From Methanomassiliicoccus luminyensis B10 (lineage in GTDB: Archaea; Thermoplasmatota; Thermoplasmata; Methanomassiliicoccales; Methanomassiliicoccaceae): a stretch of 64,000 nucleotides of DNA. The position numbers were made by a program, and so were the translations under genes. The DNA is taken from the NCBI RefSeq assembly GCF_000308215.1, contig NZ_CAJE01000012.1:504894-568893 (forward strand), in the 5' to 3' direction. Positions 18,783 through 27,999 of this stretch are shown one piece after another (positions within the stretch are counted from its first letter, which is position 1; every line of letters begins with the position of its first letter). Under the pieces are notes generated by a model. That model was not told the DNA's origin and did not search any database. It saw only the letters and a list, made by a program, of their open reading frames with translations.

Positions 18783-19240
18783 ACTAAATAGGGCATACTG
18801 AACATTCCATATATAAGCTGCGGTCAAGACATTTCATGGGCACATACCAAGCCCAGTAGAAGGAGGGCATTCCCAGGAATCGGTGTGATAAGCACCTCTC
18901 GGCTACCTTTTCGTTGGTATGCTGGGGAACAACAGACCTCAATCTATCATGAAATATTCGTATGTGCCCCCTGTGCGGCGGAGCACTAGACATTATTATT
19001 TTATTTAATATTATATGAATGAATATATCTGAATCAATTTATCTTTAACTTTCCGTGACGGGTCAAAAGTAAGTAGCAATCCTGCGGGCCGGATCATAGC
19101 CCCCTGCCCTCACTCATCAGCCAGAATGTGGCAACAGATAAAAAAAATAGAAGTTATGGCCAGTGGCGGTCTTTTTAGACCACACTAATCGAATGAAAAG
19201 ATGCGGTTAAGACTATGGTTGGTGGTCGATGTTCGTCATC

Positions 19241-19885
19241 TCACGAAGTACTATCCGCTCGGTCCCGGGCGAGCTCCTTAGTCCGGGCCAAAGCTTCGGC
19301 CAAAACAGACAGTGTTCCCCCTCTGCATTCATGCCTCAGCTTCAGTTCAGCGGCGAACTGCCTAGATAGATCCATGTACTCTCCCATGTCGCCCCCACAC
19401 CCGTCGTCGATGAACAGTATCCTGGAGTATCCGTTGTACAACATTTCAAGGTACCAGTCGACGGTGAGGCCGAGTTCCTTGTAATTAGGCATCTCTCTCC
19501 TAAGCCATTCCTCATGCCATTCTCTGCCCTGAAGACTGAAGTAGGGAGTGTTGTAAAACGTTCCAGCGCACTTCTTCCTCTCGCGGTCGTACTCCTCCGG
19601 AGTAAGCAAGATCGCAATGCAATCATCACCAACCGGCTGCACCGTTGGGACCCGAAACTGCTTGGTGATATCCTTCAGCGAATTGCAAACACCATAGCCT
19701 AGGAGGACCGCATCCACCCTTCCTTCTAGATCGTTGACCTTTTCTATGACTGTTTTCTTCAAATTATCCGGCACCATATGAAGGCCAAACTCGAGATATT
19801 CTACGTATACGACGTCCGGATCTCCCTGTGTGAGATGATCGAGATTGCGCTTGAATGCTTCGCAGGCGATGATGCCTATTCGCAT
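19241..19885 (-). CDS. DUF1638 domain protein
   Basis: The likely start is MRIGIIACEAF (ATG at 19883-19885). The family is frequently found next to corrinoid methyltransferase genes in methanogens. Confidence 0.6.
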   Translation of the reverse strand: MRIGIIACEAFKRNLDHLTQGDPDVVYVEYLEFGLHMVPDNLKKTVIEKVNDLEGRVDAVLLGYGVCNSLKDITKQFRVPTVQPVGDDCIAILLTPEEYDRERKKCAGTFYNTPYFSLQGREWHEEWLRREMPNYKELGLTVDWYLEMLYNGYSRILFIDDGCGGDMGEYMDLSRQFAAELKLRHECRGGTLSVLAEALARTKELARDRADSTS

Positions 19886-19940
19886 TAGGCCACTCCCAGA
19901 ACGTGCACGTTTGTAGTCAAGTTCATGCCTTTCATCCCGG

Positions 19941-19954
19941 GTCGCTCTAGAGCG
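19941..19954. promoter_or_regulatory. 14-bp perfect palindrome TCGCTCTAGAGCGA in divergent promoter region
   Basis: Read from the sequence. It lies between the DUF1638 gene (-) and the ArsR-like gene (+). Confidence 0.45.
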
Positions 19955-19969
19955 ATGGAAATATTTATT

Positions 19970-19982
19970 TATGACTGAGTCA
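19970..19982. promoter_or_regulatory. 13-bp palindrome ATGACTGAGTCAT ~18 bp upstream of ArsR-like regulator start, adjacent to AT-rich TATA-like element
   Basis: Read from the sequence. Confidence 0.45.
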
Positions 19983-19999
19983 TACTTTATTATTACATT

Positions 20000-20728
20000 A
20001 TGAAGGACACAGATATCCAAAAGCAGCTGGACATCATGCACGAGGAGATCAGGAATGTGAATGCTTTCCTCTCCCGCCTCAGACCAGAAGACATCAGAAC
20101 GGTGTTCGGAGATCAGACGAAACCTATCCTGATGGAATGGATAGAAAGATTTTTCCAGCAAAGAGCACAGAAGGTAGGGAAAACTAAAGAAGATACATGT
20201 CTCAAGGCTCGACTAATCGAGGCTGTGGAGGGTACTGACCGGGCAGTGCGGGGGGAAGGCCGAGACGAGGCCAAGATGATCCTCAATCAACTCGAGGGGG
20301 ACTTTGTATCGCCATCCTCAGCGAACGACCCCGACCGCCGAAGGTTTGTGCTCGATCTCATCAGGCAGGCCAGATGGTACATCGAAGAATCCGACAGAAT
20401 GATATGGATAGCGGGTGAGCAAAGAGGGCCCGCCATAACCGACACGGGACCGCTGTCCCCGGGCACGGTGGAGGAGACCCTGGTGCCTCTGGCGAATTCC
20501 CTAAGGCTCCGGATAATGTTGATACTGTCGAAGGAGGAAGAGCGTCTGGTGGACCTATGCAGGGCGATGGAGATGCAGAAAGGGCACATCCAGTACCACC
20601 TGAAGACCCTAATGGGGCGTGGGTACATCAGGTATGACCGCAAAAGCAGACTATACTCCCTTACCGGCCGGGGCACAGTGGCCCTGGACGGGCTAGCTAA
20701 GCTGACCGATGATATTCTTTCGGCGTAA
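20000..20728 (+). CDS. ArsR-family winged-helix transcriptional regulator with ~150-aa N-terminal uncharacterised domain
   Basis: C-terminal HTH (LANSLRLRIMLILSKEEERLVDLCRAMEMQKGHIQYHLKTLMGRGYI). Confidence 0.6.
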   Translation: MKDTDIQKQLDIMHEEIRNVNAFLSRLRPEDIRTVFGDQTKPILMEWIERFFQQRAQKVGKTKEDTCLKARLIEAVEGTDRAVRGEGRDEAKMILNQLEGDFVSPSSANDPDRRRFVLDLIRQARWYIEESDRMIWIAGEQRGPAITDTGPLSPGTVEETLVPLANSLRLRIMLILSKEEERLVDLCRAMEMQKGHIQYHLKTLMGRGYIRYDRKSRLYSLTGRGTVALDGLAKLTDDILSA

Positions 20729-20893
20729 GAGCTTGATGTGAGGCAAAAGAGCTCTTGCCCTCCCAGTGTAATAAAAAAATATTACGGTTGAATCTATAAT
20801 TATTACTTATGCGCTAGGGAGAGGCATGTCTGACGGCTGCGGAAGATACGCAGAAAAGAATTCAGGCTAGACAAGTAGCCGTGAGGGCGTCCG

Positions 20894-23089
20894 ATGGGCC
20901 ATGTACACAACACGAAGATAGCGATATACGGCAAGGGCGGCATCGGCAAGTCCACTGTCAGCGCTAACCTGTCCGCTACTCTCGCTAATGACGACAAGAA
21001 AGTCCTCCAGATAGGGTGCGATCCAAAGCACGATTCTACTCGCATGCTTCTTGGTGGAGCGTCCGTTCCCACGGTCCTTGACTATATTAAAGAGATACCG
21101 GCGAGCAGCAGGAAGCTGGATGATATCCTGCGCTGCGGCTATGGAGGGACGAGGTGCGTGGAGGCAGGAGGCCCGCAGCCCGGCGTAGGATGCGCTGGCC
21201 GCGGCATACTCAGCACGTTCGAGACGCTCGCCGAGCTCGGCATCGACGATATTGAATTCAACATCACCATCTACGACGTCCTCGGCGACGTGGTGTGCGG
21301 GGGCTTCGCCGTCCCCCTGAGAAAAGAGTACGCCGACATCGTGCTCATTGTGACATCAGGCGAATACATGTCGCTGTACGCGGCCAACAACATCTTGCGC
21401 GGGGTGGCCAGCTACGACGGCGCATCCTCTAGAGTGGGTGGCATCATATTCAACGGACGTGGCCTCGTTGATGAGGGGAGAATGGTGAGGACCTTTGCTC
21501 ATGAGGTCGGTCTTCCCGTTCTCACGTCGATACCACGCAGCAATGTGTTCGCGCAGGCCGAGGCCAAAGGGTGCACGGTAGTCGAAGGGTACCCGGACTC
21601 TGCTGAGGCGGCACTGTTCAAAGAACTGGCAATTCGCGTCGAATCGTTGGCTTCCGGCCTGAGCCCGTTGTACCATGCACGACCGCTGACCGACGAGACC
21701 ATGGAGAGGGTGTTGCTTGGCAGGTGCCATGAGACTTCCGCGTTACCATACGCCCATCCCTCATCAGCACAGCCCGTACCGGCTACCACGGGGATGGGAA
21801 CGACCAAACGCAAGAGGAGTCGCATCGATGCTGACAGAATAATACATGGATGCGCCTTTGCCGGCGCCGCAGCAATCACTACCCAGGTAAGGAATGCCGT
21901 CACTGTGGTGCATGGGCCGCTCAGCTGCGCCAACGTCGCCCTATACTATATCTCTTGCAACCTCACTCGGGACCCCCCTGACCGTCTCGAAAGAGTCAGA
22001 CCGCTGCAGCGGATAGTTTCCACCGCCATGGACGAGAGGTCCATGGTATTCGGCGGCACATCCGACCTCGAGTACGTGACAAAGAAGGCACTCGAGAAGG
22101 GCTACGAGGCTGCGTTCATAATCACTACCTGCCCCTCCGGCCTAATGGGCGAGGATATCTATCCGGTCGCTAAGAGGGTAGAGAGTTCGATGCCGGCAAA
22201 AAAAGTTGTAGTAGTCCCTGCTGGCGGGAACATCCATGGTAACTTCTCCAGTGGGATCACTCTTGCCCTTGTGTCCGCCGCCTCGCTGATCGACCCATCC
22301 GTACCAAAAGAACAGGGAACCGTTAACATCGTTGGCGAGAAAAACATGGTCGCCAACAGGGACCGCAACTACAAGGCGATTGTAGAGATGCTCTCGAAGC
22401 TTGATATTAAGGTGAACTGTAGGTACATCAGCGGCGCCTCGGTGCAAGACATTGTCGGCTTCCAGAAGGGAGAGGTGTGCCTCCCCGCTAACCACGACCT
22501 GGCCACCAGGGAGACCATCTCTTTTCTGTCCTCCCGAGCGCAAGTAGAGGATTTCCCCCTCCCATTCCCCCGGGGATTCCAGGAGACTTCGGTCTGGCTT
22601 ACCGCCCTGGGTGAGAGATTCGGGAAGGAGAGGGAAGCGACCTCGCTCATCTCGGCGTGCCGGGGGAAGTACGAGAGGGAGATCAGCGCGCTGTCACCAG
22701 GACTGAAAGAAAAGAAGGTCCTATTGGCCTCCGCTGACCCCCAAATCAATTGGATCGCTGACCTCATAAGGGATCTGGGAATGGTGATGCTGAAGGCAGG
22801 TATAGTCTCGACGGGGAAGGATATCCTATCCGCCTCCTCGCCCCACCATAGCTACCAGTTGAATTATTCACTAGAGCTTCTGGAAGAGGATATCAAGATG
22901 CTCCATCCAGACCTCGTGATAGTCCAACCTTACCCAGGAGTGGAGAGCCTGGGAACGAGGTTTGCATTGATCCCGTACAACCCTGACGTAGGCATCGATG
23001 CCGGGATATCGATGGCAAATGAGTGGTCGGTCCTGATGAGGGTACCTGCCGTCGAAGGATGGCGAAAGGGAGCAGGGGTCCGTCCATGA
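20894..23089 (+). CDS. nitrogenase-like fusion protein: NifH-like ATPase (N-terminal ~290 aa) fused to NifD/NifE/CfbD-like catalytic subunit (C-terminal ~430 aa)
   Basis: N-terminus has the Walker A motif (IYGKGGIGKST) plus CAGRG and VCGGF [4Fe-4S] ligand motifs. After a basic linker (TTKRKRSRID), the C-terminus carries HGPLSCA, YISCN and ITTCPSG nitrogenase-component-1-type motifs. A single uninterrupted 731-aa ORF. Confidence 0.8.
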   Translation: MGHVHNTKIAIYGKGGIGKSTVSANLSATLANDDKKVLQIGCDPKHDSTRMLLGGASVPTVLDYIKEIPASSRKLDDILRCGYGGTRCVEAGGPQPGVGCAGRGILSTFETLAELGIDDIEFNITIYDVLGDVVCGGFAVPLRKEYADIVLIVTSGEYMSLYAANNILRGVASYDGASSRVGGIIFNGRGLVDEGRMVRTFAHEVGLPVLTSIPRSNVFAQAEAKGCTVVEGYPDSAEAALFKELAIRVESLASGLSPLYHARPLTDETMERVLLGRCHETSALPYAHPSSAQPVPATTGMGTTKRKRSRIDADRIIHGCAFAGAAAITTQVRNAVTVVHGPLSCANVALYYISCNLTRDPPDRLERVRPLQRIVSTAMDERSMVFGGTSDLEYVTKKALEKGYEAAFIITTCPSGLMGEDIYPVAKRVESSMPAKKVVVVPAGGNIHGNFSSGITLALVSAASLIDPSVPKEQGTVNIVGEKNMVANRDRNYKAIVEMLSKLDIKVNCRYISGASVQDIVGFQKGEVCLPANHDLATRETISFLSSRAQVEDFPLPFPRGFQETSVWLTALGERFGKEREATSLISACRGKYEREISALSPGLKEKKVLLASADPQINWIADLIRDLGMVMLKAGIVSTGKDILSASSPHHSYQLNYSLELLEEDIKMLHPDLVIVQPYPGVESLGTRFALIPYNPDVGIDAGISMANEWSVLMRVPAVEGWRKGAGVRP

Positions 23090-24378
23090 TAGGCATTGAC
23101 GGCTTCAGTGCCACCATACTCGCCGCCGAGGGCATCGCCGACGCCACCGTGCTGCTGAACGGACCGCTGGGCTGCAAGTACTATCAAGGTCGCTTCGCCG
23201 ATCGATGGTTCCCGAAAGATATTTTCCCAGGGAGATATGGGCATCTCTGCGATCTCAGCTACTTCGGCCAACCGCGAGTGCCGTGCACCTTCCTCGACGA
23301 GGAAGATTACATTGACGGCGCACAAGAGAAGTTGGAAGTGGCTCTTCCCATCGTTGCGAAGAGGGCGAGCGGACCGATCATAATTGTGAACTCCCCAGGG
23401 GCTGCGCTTATCGGGGACGATATCGGTCGATCCGTCCGGGAACTCGGCCTCACGGACCGTGCGATCATCATCGAGAGCCCCGCCTTCTCTGCGCCGGCGT
23501 CGCAAGGCTTCGAGGAAACGATGATGCGCGTCGTGGAGGCGTTGGTGCCAAAGAGGGCACCAGCGCCCGACAGGTCAGTGAACCTCCTTGGCCTATCGAT
23601 AATGCACAAGCATTGGCAGGGGACGGTTCTCGAACTGAAGCGCGTCCTTGGACTTATGGGCCTCGATGTAAAAGCGGTGCCGGGGGCGGGCTCCTCCACG
23701 GACGAGCTTCGTTCATCGGTCGACGCGTCGCTCAACATAGTGCTGTGCCCGGAGTACGGTGCGAAGCTGGCGCGATACTATAAGGAGGAGCACGGGACGT
23801 CTTACCTGGTACCGTCGAAAGGAGCACCCCTGGGCTTCGATGCCACGGAATGCTTCATCCGCGAGGTGGCCTCAGCGATGAAAATGGATCCATCACCGGC
23901 GCTGCGCGATCTGCAGGCGTCGATGAATCGAGCGGCCCAAGTCCTGGCGCGATGCGCCTCCAGATTAAATTCGGTTAAAGGATCGACGTTCGCTCTCCGC
24001 GCCGACAGTTCTATCGCCTATCCGCTCACAGAGTGGCTCTACTCATACATGGGGATGTGGCCAGAGGCCGTCGAGCTGCTACCGCGCTCAGACCCCCTGT
24101 TCAGCGAGAAGCTCCGATCGTTCCTAGAGACTATCGGCGCGATTGATGCATTGATGAGGCCGGTGGAATCGACCCCTGCCGACACGGTATTCGCAGAAGG
24201 AAGGCTGGTGGAACAGCTGAAGGAGGAGGGGCAATGCATCGCCGGAGTGGATATCGCCATGCCTGAAGGCGAGCATATCTGCTTCGCTCCGAGAACCCAT
24301 TGGGGATCGGTCGGACCGCTATACCTCCTGGAAGAGATGGTCAACGACCTGGTATGGGGGAGCGAAGACTCGGCGTAG
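23086..24378 (+). CDS. nitrogenase component 1-type oxidoreductase (NifK/NifN/BchB-like partner subunit)
   Basis: NGPLGC motif. ~430 aa. The start overlaps the stop of the fusion gene (ATGA), so the two are likely co-translated. Confidence 0.7.
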   Translation: MIGIDGFSATILAAEGIADATVLLNGPLGCKYYQGRFADRWFPKDIFPGRYGHLCDLSYFGQPRVPCTFLDEEDYIDGAQEKLEVALPIVAKRASGPIIIVNSPGAALIGDDIGRSVRELGLTDRAIIIESPAFSAPASQGFEETMMRVVEALVPKRAPAPDRSVNLLGLSIMHKHWQGTVLELKRVLGLMGLDVKAVPGAGSSTDELRSSVDASLNIVLCPEYGAKLARYYKEEHGTSYLVPSKGAPLGFDATECFIREVASAMKMDPSPALRDLQASMNRAAQVLARCASRLNSVKGSTFALRADSSIAYPLTEWLYSYMGMWPEAVELLPRSDPLFSEKLRSFLETIGAIDALMRPVESTPADTVFAEGRLVEQLKEEGQCIAGVDIAMPEGEHICFAPRTHWGSVGPLYLLEEMVNDLVWGSEDSA

Positions 24379-24568
24379 GGGCGGGAGAACTGTCCTGTGC
24401 AATATTATCGCATGTTCCGTAGGTTAATGAAAATGACTAGTTCATCAAAAGATAAAGAGATACGAGGCAACAATGACATTTGATTGGCACGATAAAAATT
24501 GCAATGTCCTGCGATATGAAAAATGCTTATTCCTATCGGAAAATGATGAAATCTGACCAGGCGAAGAT

Positions 24569-25219
24569 ATGAAAAATCCATGGGAAGAGATTGAACTGGT
24601 GGACTACGAGAACCATATGAAGTTAAGTTCGGTTTTGCAACATCAAACAATGAACATTATGATGAAAAAACAGCTTTACCAGTATCCCGCCGGAGTAATT
24701 ATGATATTAGGTATTGCGGGCGGAAACGGTTTGGAGCATATCGATCCTCGAATAATAAAGAAAGTGTATGGTGTTGACATAAACAAGGTATATTTAGAAG
24801 AGTGCGAAAAGCGCTATCCGCAACTAAACGGGAAACTACATCTTTTTTGCGTTGATTTATTGGGAGATGTTGCCACATTACCATATGCGGATCTAGTTGT
24901 TGCGAATCTACTGTTAGAATACATTGGATGTGCTTGCTTCCAAAAAGTGATAAAATGGGTTGAACCCAGATATGTGTCCTGTATCATTCAGATTAACACC
25001 GATGCATGTTTTGTATCCGAATCGCCCTACAGTCATGCATTTGACGGCCTAAGTAGAGTATATCATAAAATAGAGGAGCGATCGCTCATAAGGGCCATGG
25101 AGAACATAGATTATTGTGTAGTTTTAAGAGAGGAAATCAGTTTGCCTAATCATAAAAAACTGGTTAGATTAGATTTTGAGCAGCAAATAAAAAATATTAG
25201 CGAGCGCAGGCGGTCCTGA
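24569..25219 (+). CDS. class I SAM-dependent methyltransferase
   Basis: Motif I (IMILGIAGGNGLE) and motif II (VYGVDIN). The gene lies in a conspicuously AT-rich ~0.9 kb patch. Confidence 0.7.
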   Translation: MKNPWEEIELVDYENHMKLSSVLQHQTMNIMMKKQLYQYPAGVIMILGIAGGNGLEHIDPRIIKKVYGVDINKVYLEECEKRYPQLNGKLHLFCVDLLGDVATLPYADLVVANLLLEYIGCACFQKVIKWVEPRYVSCIIQINTDACFVSESPYSHAFDGLSRVYHKIEERSLIRAMENIDYCVVLREEISLPNHKKLVRLDFEQQIKNISERRRS

Positions 25220-25483
25220 ACTACCTCGCTCCATCTCCCTCCTGATTATCGATTAAAAAGACGATAGCCCTTGTCTTTTCATGGGGCATGGGCCGACGTC
25301 CGCACCACCAGCCGCATCCATAAAGCGATTATCCCCAATCAATGTGGACGCTAGATATATCTCGATGAGCACACGGCGTAAGGACGTCCGCGTCGGAACA
25401 GTGCCCGCTCAAAGAAAAAAGTGATTAAAGGGAGGCAAGACGCCTCGTTACTATTGCAGTGGTCTCGAGCCTCGTGAGCTCGA

Positions 25484-26692
25484 TCAGAGGGCCTTGACCC
25501 GCCGGGCCAAGTCCCTTCCCAGCTCAGTGGCCCGCTCCAGGTCTGCGCTCTCGGGCCGGTACTGGACCCCGAAGCCGTCGTTGATGACATCTATGCCCGC
25601 AGCCTTCAGGTCGGCGGAGATGAGCTTTATCGCCACCACGCTGCCGCCGTGAGAACCGAAGGCGAAGCCGAGCTTCTTCTTGCCCAGCTTCCCTGGCTTC
25701 AGTCCCTTCAGGTAGCTCAGGAAGTCCGCCACCGTTGGGTATAGCTGGTTCTGCAGGTTGGGGGAGCCGACCAGCAGCGCCTTGGAATCAAGGACGTCGG
25801 CCATGATGTTGCTGCGGTGGGTACCCTCGGACTTCCCGTCCTTGAGCAGGCAGACCTTAACTTCCACGCCCTCCTCCATGATGCCCTCGGCAAAGGCTTT
25901 AGCCAGCGTGCCCGTGGAGCCGTGCATGGAATCGTACACGATGGTCACCTTGTCCTTGGATGCCCCCTTGCTCCAGTTCAAATAGGCGTTCACGATGTCA
26001 CTGGCGTACGAGCGCCAGATCACACCATGACTTGGCGCGATCATGTTTATCACGATGCCCAACGAACCGACCTCTTCCAGCTTCTTCAGCACGCGCGGCG
26101 CCAGGGGTGTGATCAGGTTCCCGTAGAATTTCTGGGCCTCCTTCAGGGCCACGTCCCTGCCCAGCTCGTCGTCGAACCGTTCGGACGAGGCGATGTGCTG
26201 GCCGAAAGCATCGTTCGGGAAGAGGATCTTCTCCTCCGCGTAGTAGGTGAACATGCTGTCCGGCCAGTGCAGCAGGGGCGCCTCCAGGAAGGCTAGGGTC
26301 TTGCCGCCCAGGTCCAGGGTGTCCCCGCTCTTTACGACATGGAAGTTCCAGTCCTTGGTATCATAGTGCTTCTGGAAACCGGTCTTCCCGTTCGCCGTGC
26401 AGTAGATGGGGACGCCGGGCAACATCTTGGTGAGGGCGGGAAGGGTCCCTGAATGGTCCACTTCCACATGGTTCCCGATCAGCACGTCGATCTCCTTCGG
26501 GTCCACCACCGAGCGGACACGCTCGATGATCTGGTCATCGAACCCGGGATATGCGCTGTCGATGAGGGCTATCTTGTCGTCCCCTACCACCAAGTACGCG
26601 TTGTACGTGGTCCCCGGGAGCGTGTATCCATGGTAGTCGCGCAGGTCCCAATCTATCGCTCCGACCCAATATACTCCATTGACTATCTCGAT
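25484..26692 (-). CDS. fprA: flavodiiron protein FprA (type A flavoprotein; metallo-beta-lactamase + flavodoxin domains), start codon uncertain
   Basis: The listed ORF starts at a TTG (26591-26593). However, the conserved FprA N-terminus (IEIVNGVYWVGAIDWDLRDYHGYTLPGTTYNAYLV) is encoded in-frame upstream with no ATG/GTG/TTG. A GGAGGAG element and a TTTATATA element lie just upstream. Confidence 0.8.
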   Translation of the reverse strand: MEIVNGVYWVGAIDWDLRDYHGYTLPGTTYNAYLVVGDDKIALIDSAYPGFDDQIIERVRSVVDPKEIDVLIGNHVEVDHSGTLPALTKMLPGVPIYCTANGKTGFQKHYDTKDWNFHVVKSGDTLDLGGKTLAFLEAPLLHWPDSMFTYYAEEKILFPNDAFGQHIASSERFDDELGRDVALKEAQKFYGNLITPLAPRVLKKLEEVGSLGIVINMIAPSHGVIWRSYASDIVNAYLNWSKGASKDKVTIVYDSMHGSTGTLAKAFAEGIMEEGVEVKVCLLKDGKSEGTHRSNIMADVLDSKALLVGSPNLQNQLYPTVADFLSYLKGLKPGKLGKKKLGFAFGSHGGSVVAIKLISADLKAAGIDVINDGFGVQYRPESADLERATELGRDLARRVKAL

Positions 26693-26723
26693 CGATTTTA
26701 TATAAATCTCCTCCGATGTCTTT

Positions 26724-26745
26724 ATGTTCGTATGTACACGAACAT
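26724..26745. promoter_or_regulatory. inverted repeat ATGTTCG-N8-CGAACAT (operator-like) in fprA/regulator divergent promoter
   Basis: Read from the sequence. A second copy lies at 26785-26806 and a half-site at 26818-26824. Confidence 0.5.
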
Positions 26746-26784
26746 TTTGGTAAAGGCGCGAAAGAGTATTTGTAATTTAAGGCA

Positions 26785-26806
26785 ATGTTCGCACTATATC
26801 GAACGT
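26785..26806. promoter_or_regulatory. second inverted repeat ATGTTCG-N8-CGAACgT
   Basis: Read from the sequence. Confidence 0.45.
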
Positions 26807-26849
26807 TCTACGTCCCACGAACATTAATTATTTGTAGTCCCGAGGCGAT

Positions 26850-27626
26850 TTGATCCAACACAGCATGAAGACCGCCAAGAAGGGGAAAAGAACGGTCGAG
26901 ATGTTCGCCACTCCCGGCGGGATCAAGACCGTGGACAGCCAGGTCAGGATGGGCATCCTGTCGATGTTGCTTGAGAAGGAGATGAGCTTCGACGAGATAG
27001 TAGCCTCCTCGGGGAAGGTCAAGTCCACAGTGTCAGTTCACCTGAAAGGCCTAACCGATGAAGGGATCATCGGGTCGAGGCCGGACCCCCGCGATGCAAG
27101 GAAGAAGATATTTTACATAAAGTCCAGTTATTTGGGCGGCCTCTCCCAGAGAAGGAAAGTGGACAAGGACATGGAGGAATACATCTCCAACTTCACTTGG
27201 GGGTCCGGGGACCCGTTCAAGTTCTTCCGCCTCGTGTTCCGGACGTTCCGGGTCTCCCTGCTCAACGAGGGCATTGATATCGACCCCGTGCTGCATGACG
27301 CGGGCATGAGGGTGGGGGAGGCACTGTACCAAAAGGTAGGGGACCAGGACATCGATGTGCTGCTTAGCAATCTGGCAGCGTTCTGGGGCGAGCAAAAGCT
27401 GGGGCGGCTGGAGGTCGAGAGCGTCGAACCGCTGGCCATCCGCATCTATGATTGCTACGAGTGCCAGGACCTGCCGCAGTTGGGAAGGCCTGCCTGCGCC
27501 TTCGATTCTGGCATCCTGGGGAAGGTCTTTTCCATGCATTTCGGCGCCGAGATGAAGGCGATAGAGACCCACTGCTACGCCATGGGGGACGACCACTGCC
27601 GCTTCGAGGTAAAGCTTCAGGATTGA
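26850..27626 (+). CDS. winged-helix (ArsR/TrmB-like) transcriptional regulator with C-terminal V4R (4-vinyl reductase) domain
   Basis: N-terminal wHTH (MGILSMLLEKEMSFDEIVASSGKVKSTVSVHLKGL). C-terminal Cys pattern typical of V4R domains (CYECQDLPQLGRPACAF ... HCYAMGDDHCRFEV). Divergent from fprA. Confidence 0.65.
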   Translation: MIQHSMKTAKKGKRTVEMFATPGGIKTVDSQVRMGILSMLLEKEMSFDEIVASSGKVKSTVSVHLKGLTDEGIIGSRPDPRDARKKIFYIKSSYLGGLSQRRKVDKDMEEYISNFTWGSGDPFKFFRLVFRTFRVSLLNEGIDIDPVLHDAGMRVGEALYQKVGDQDIDVLLSNLAAFWGEQKLGRLEVESVEPLAIRIYDCYECQDLPQLGRPACAFDSGILGKVFSMHFGAEMKAIETHCYAMGDDHCRFEVKLQD

Positions 27627-27663
27627 GGCGGCCTCATGGCCGCGGACAATGAGGATGGCATGA

Positions 27664-27843
27664 TCATTTCGATCTGCCCTTGGGAGGCATGAACAGCGTG
27701 GCGAACTTCCCCAGCGCCACGAACGCCAGGAACCCGAACGACGCGAACATGGCCTTCCCGACGTCCAATATGGCCCGCCCTATTGCCGCGACACCCACCG
27801 AGGCCGCCAGGGCCAGCATGCTTTCTGTCAGTCCGGACAACAT
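27664..27843 (-). CDS. possible small two-TM membrane protein (59 aa)
   Basis: Hydrophobic ORF in the otherwise empty gap between the regulator and valS. Support is weak. Confidence 0.25.
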   Translation of the reverse strand: MLSGLTESMLALAASVGVAAIGRAILDVGKAMFASFGFLAFVALGKFATLFMPPKGRSK

Positions 27844-27999
27844 CGTTCGATCCCTGTCGTGACAGCTCCTAGCTGGCGCATTAGTCTTGTGAATGTATTG
27901 TCCATTCATCTCCGTAGAGCTCCAAGTCCCAATCCGGTGAACGACCCAGCCTCAGATACATAACCCTTTTAAGCATTTCTGCCATTTGCTTCCCCGTCC

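Noticed and set aside
19130-19185. Small stem-loop GGTCT-TTTT-AGACC in the AT-rich 18830-19240 spacer as a possible sRNA/terminator
   Set aside because: It is only a 5-bp stem, no conserved context is recognisable, and it cannot be distinguished from chance.
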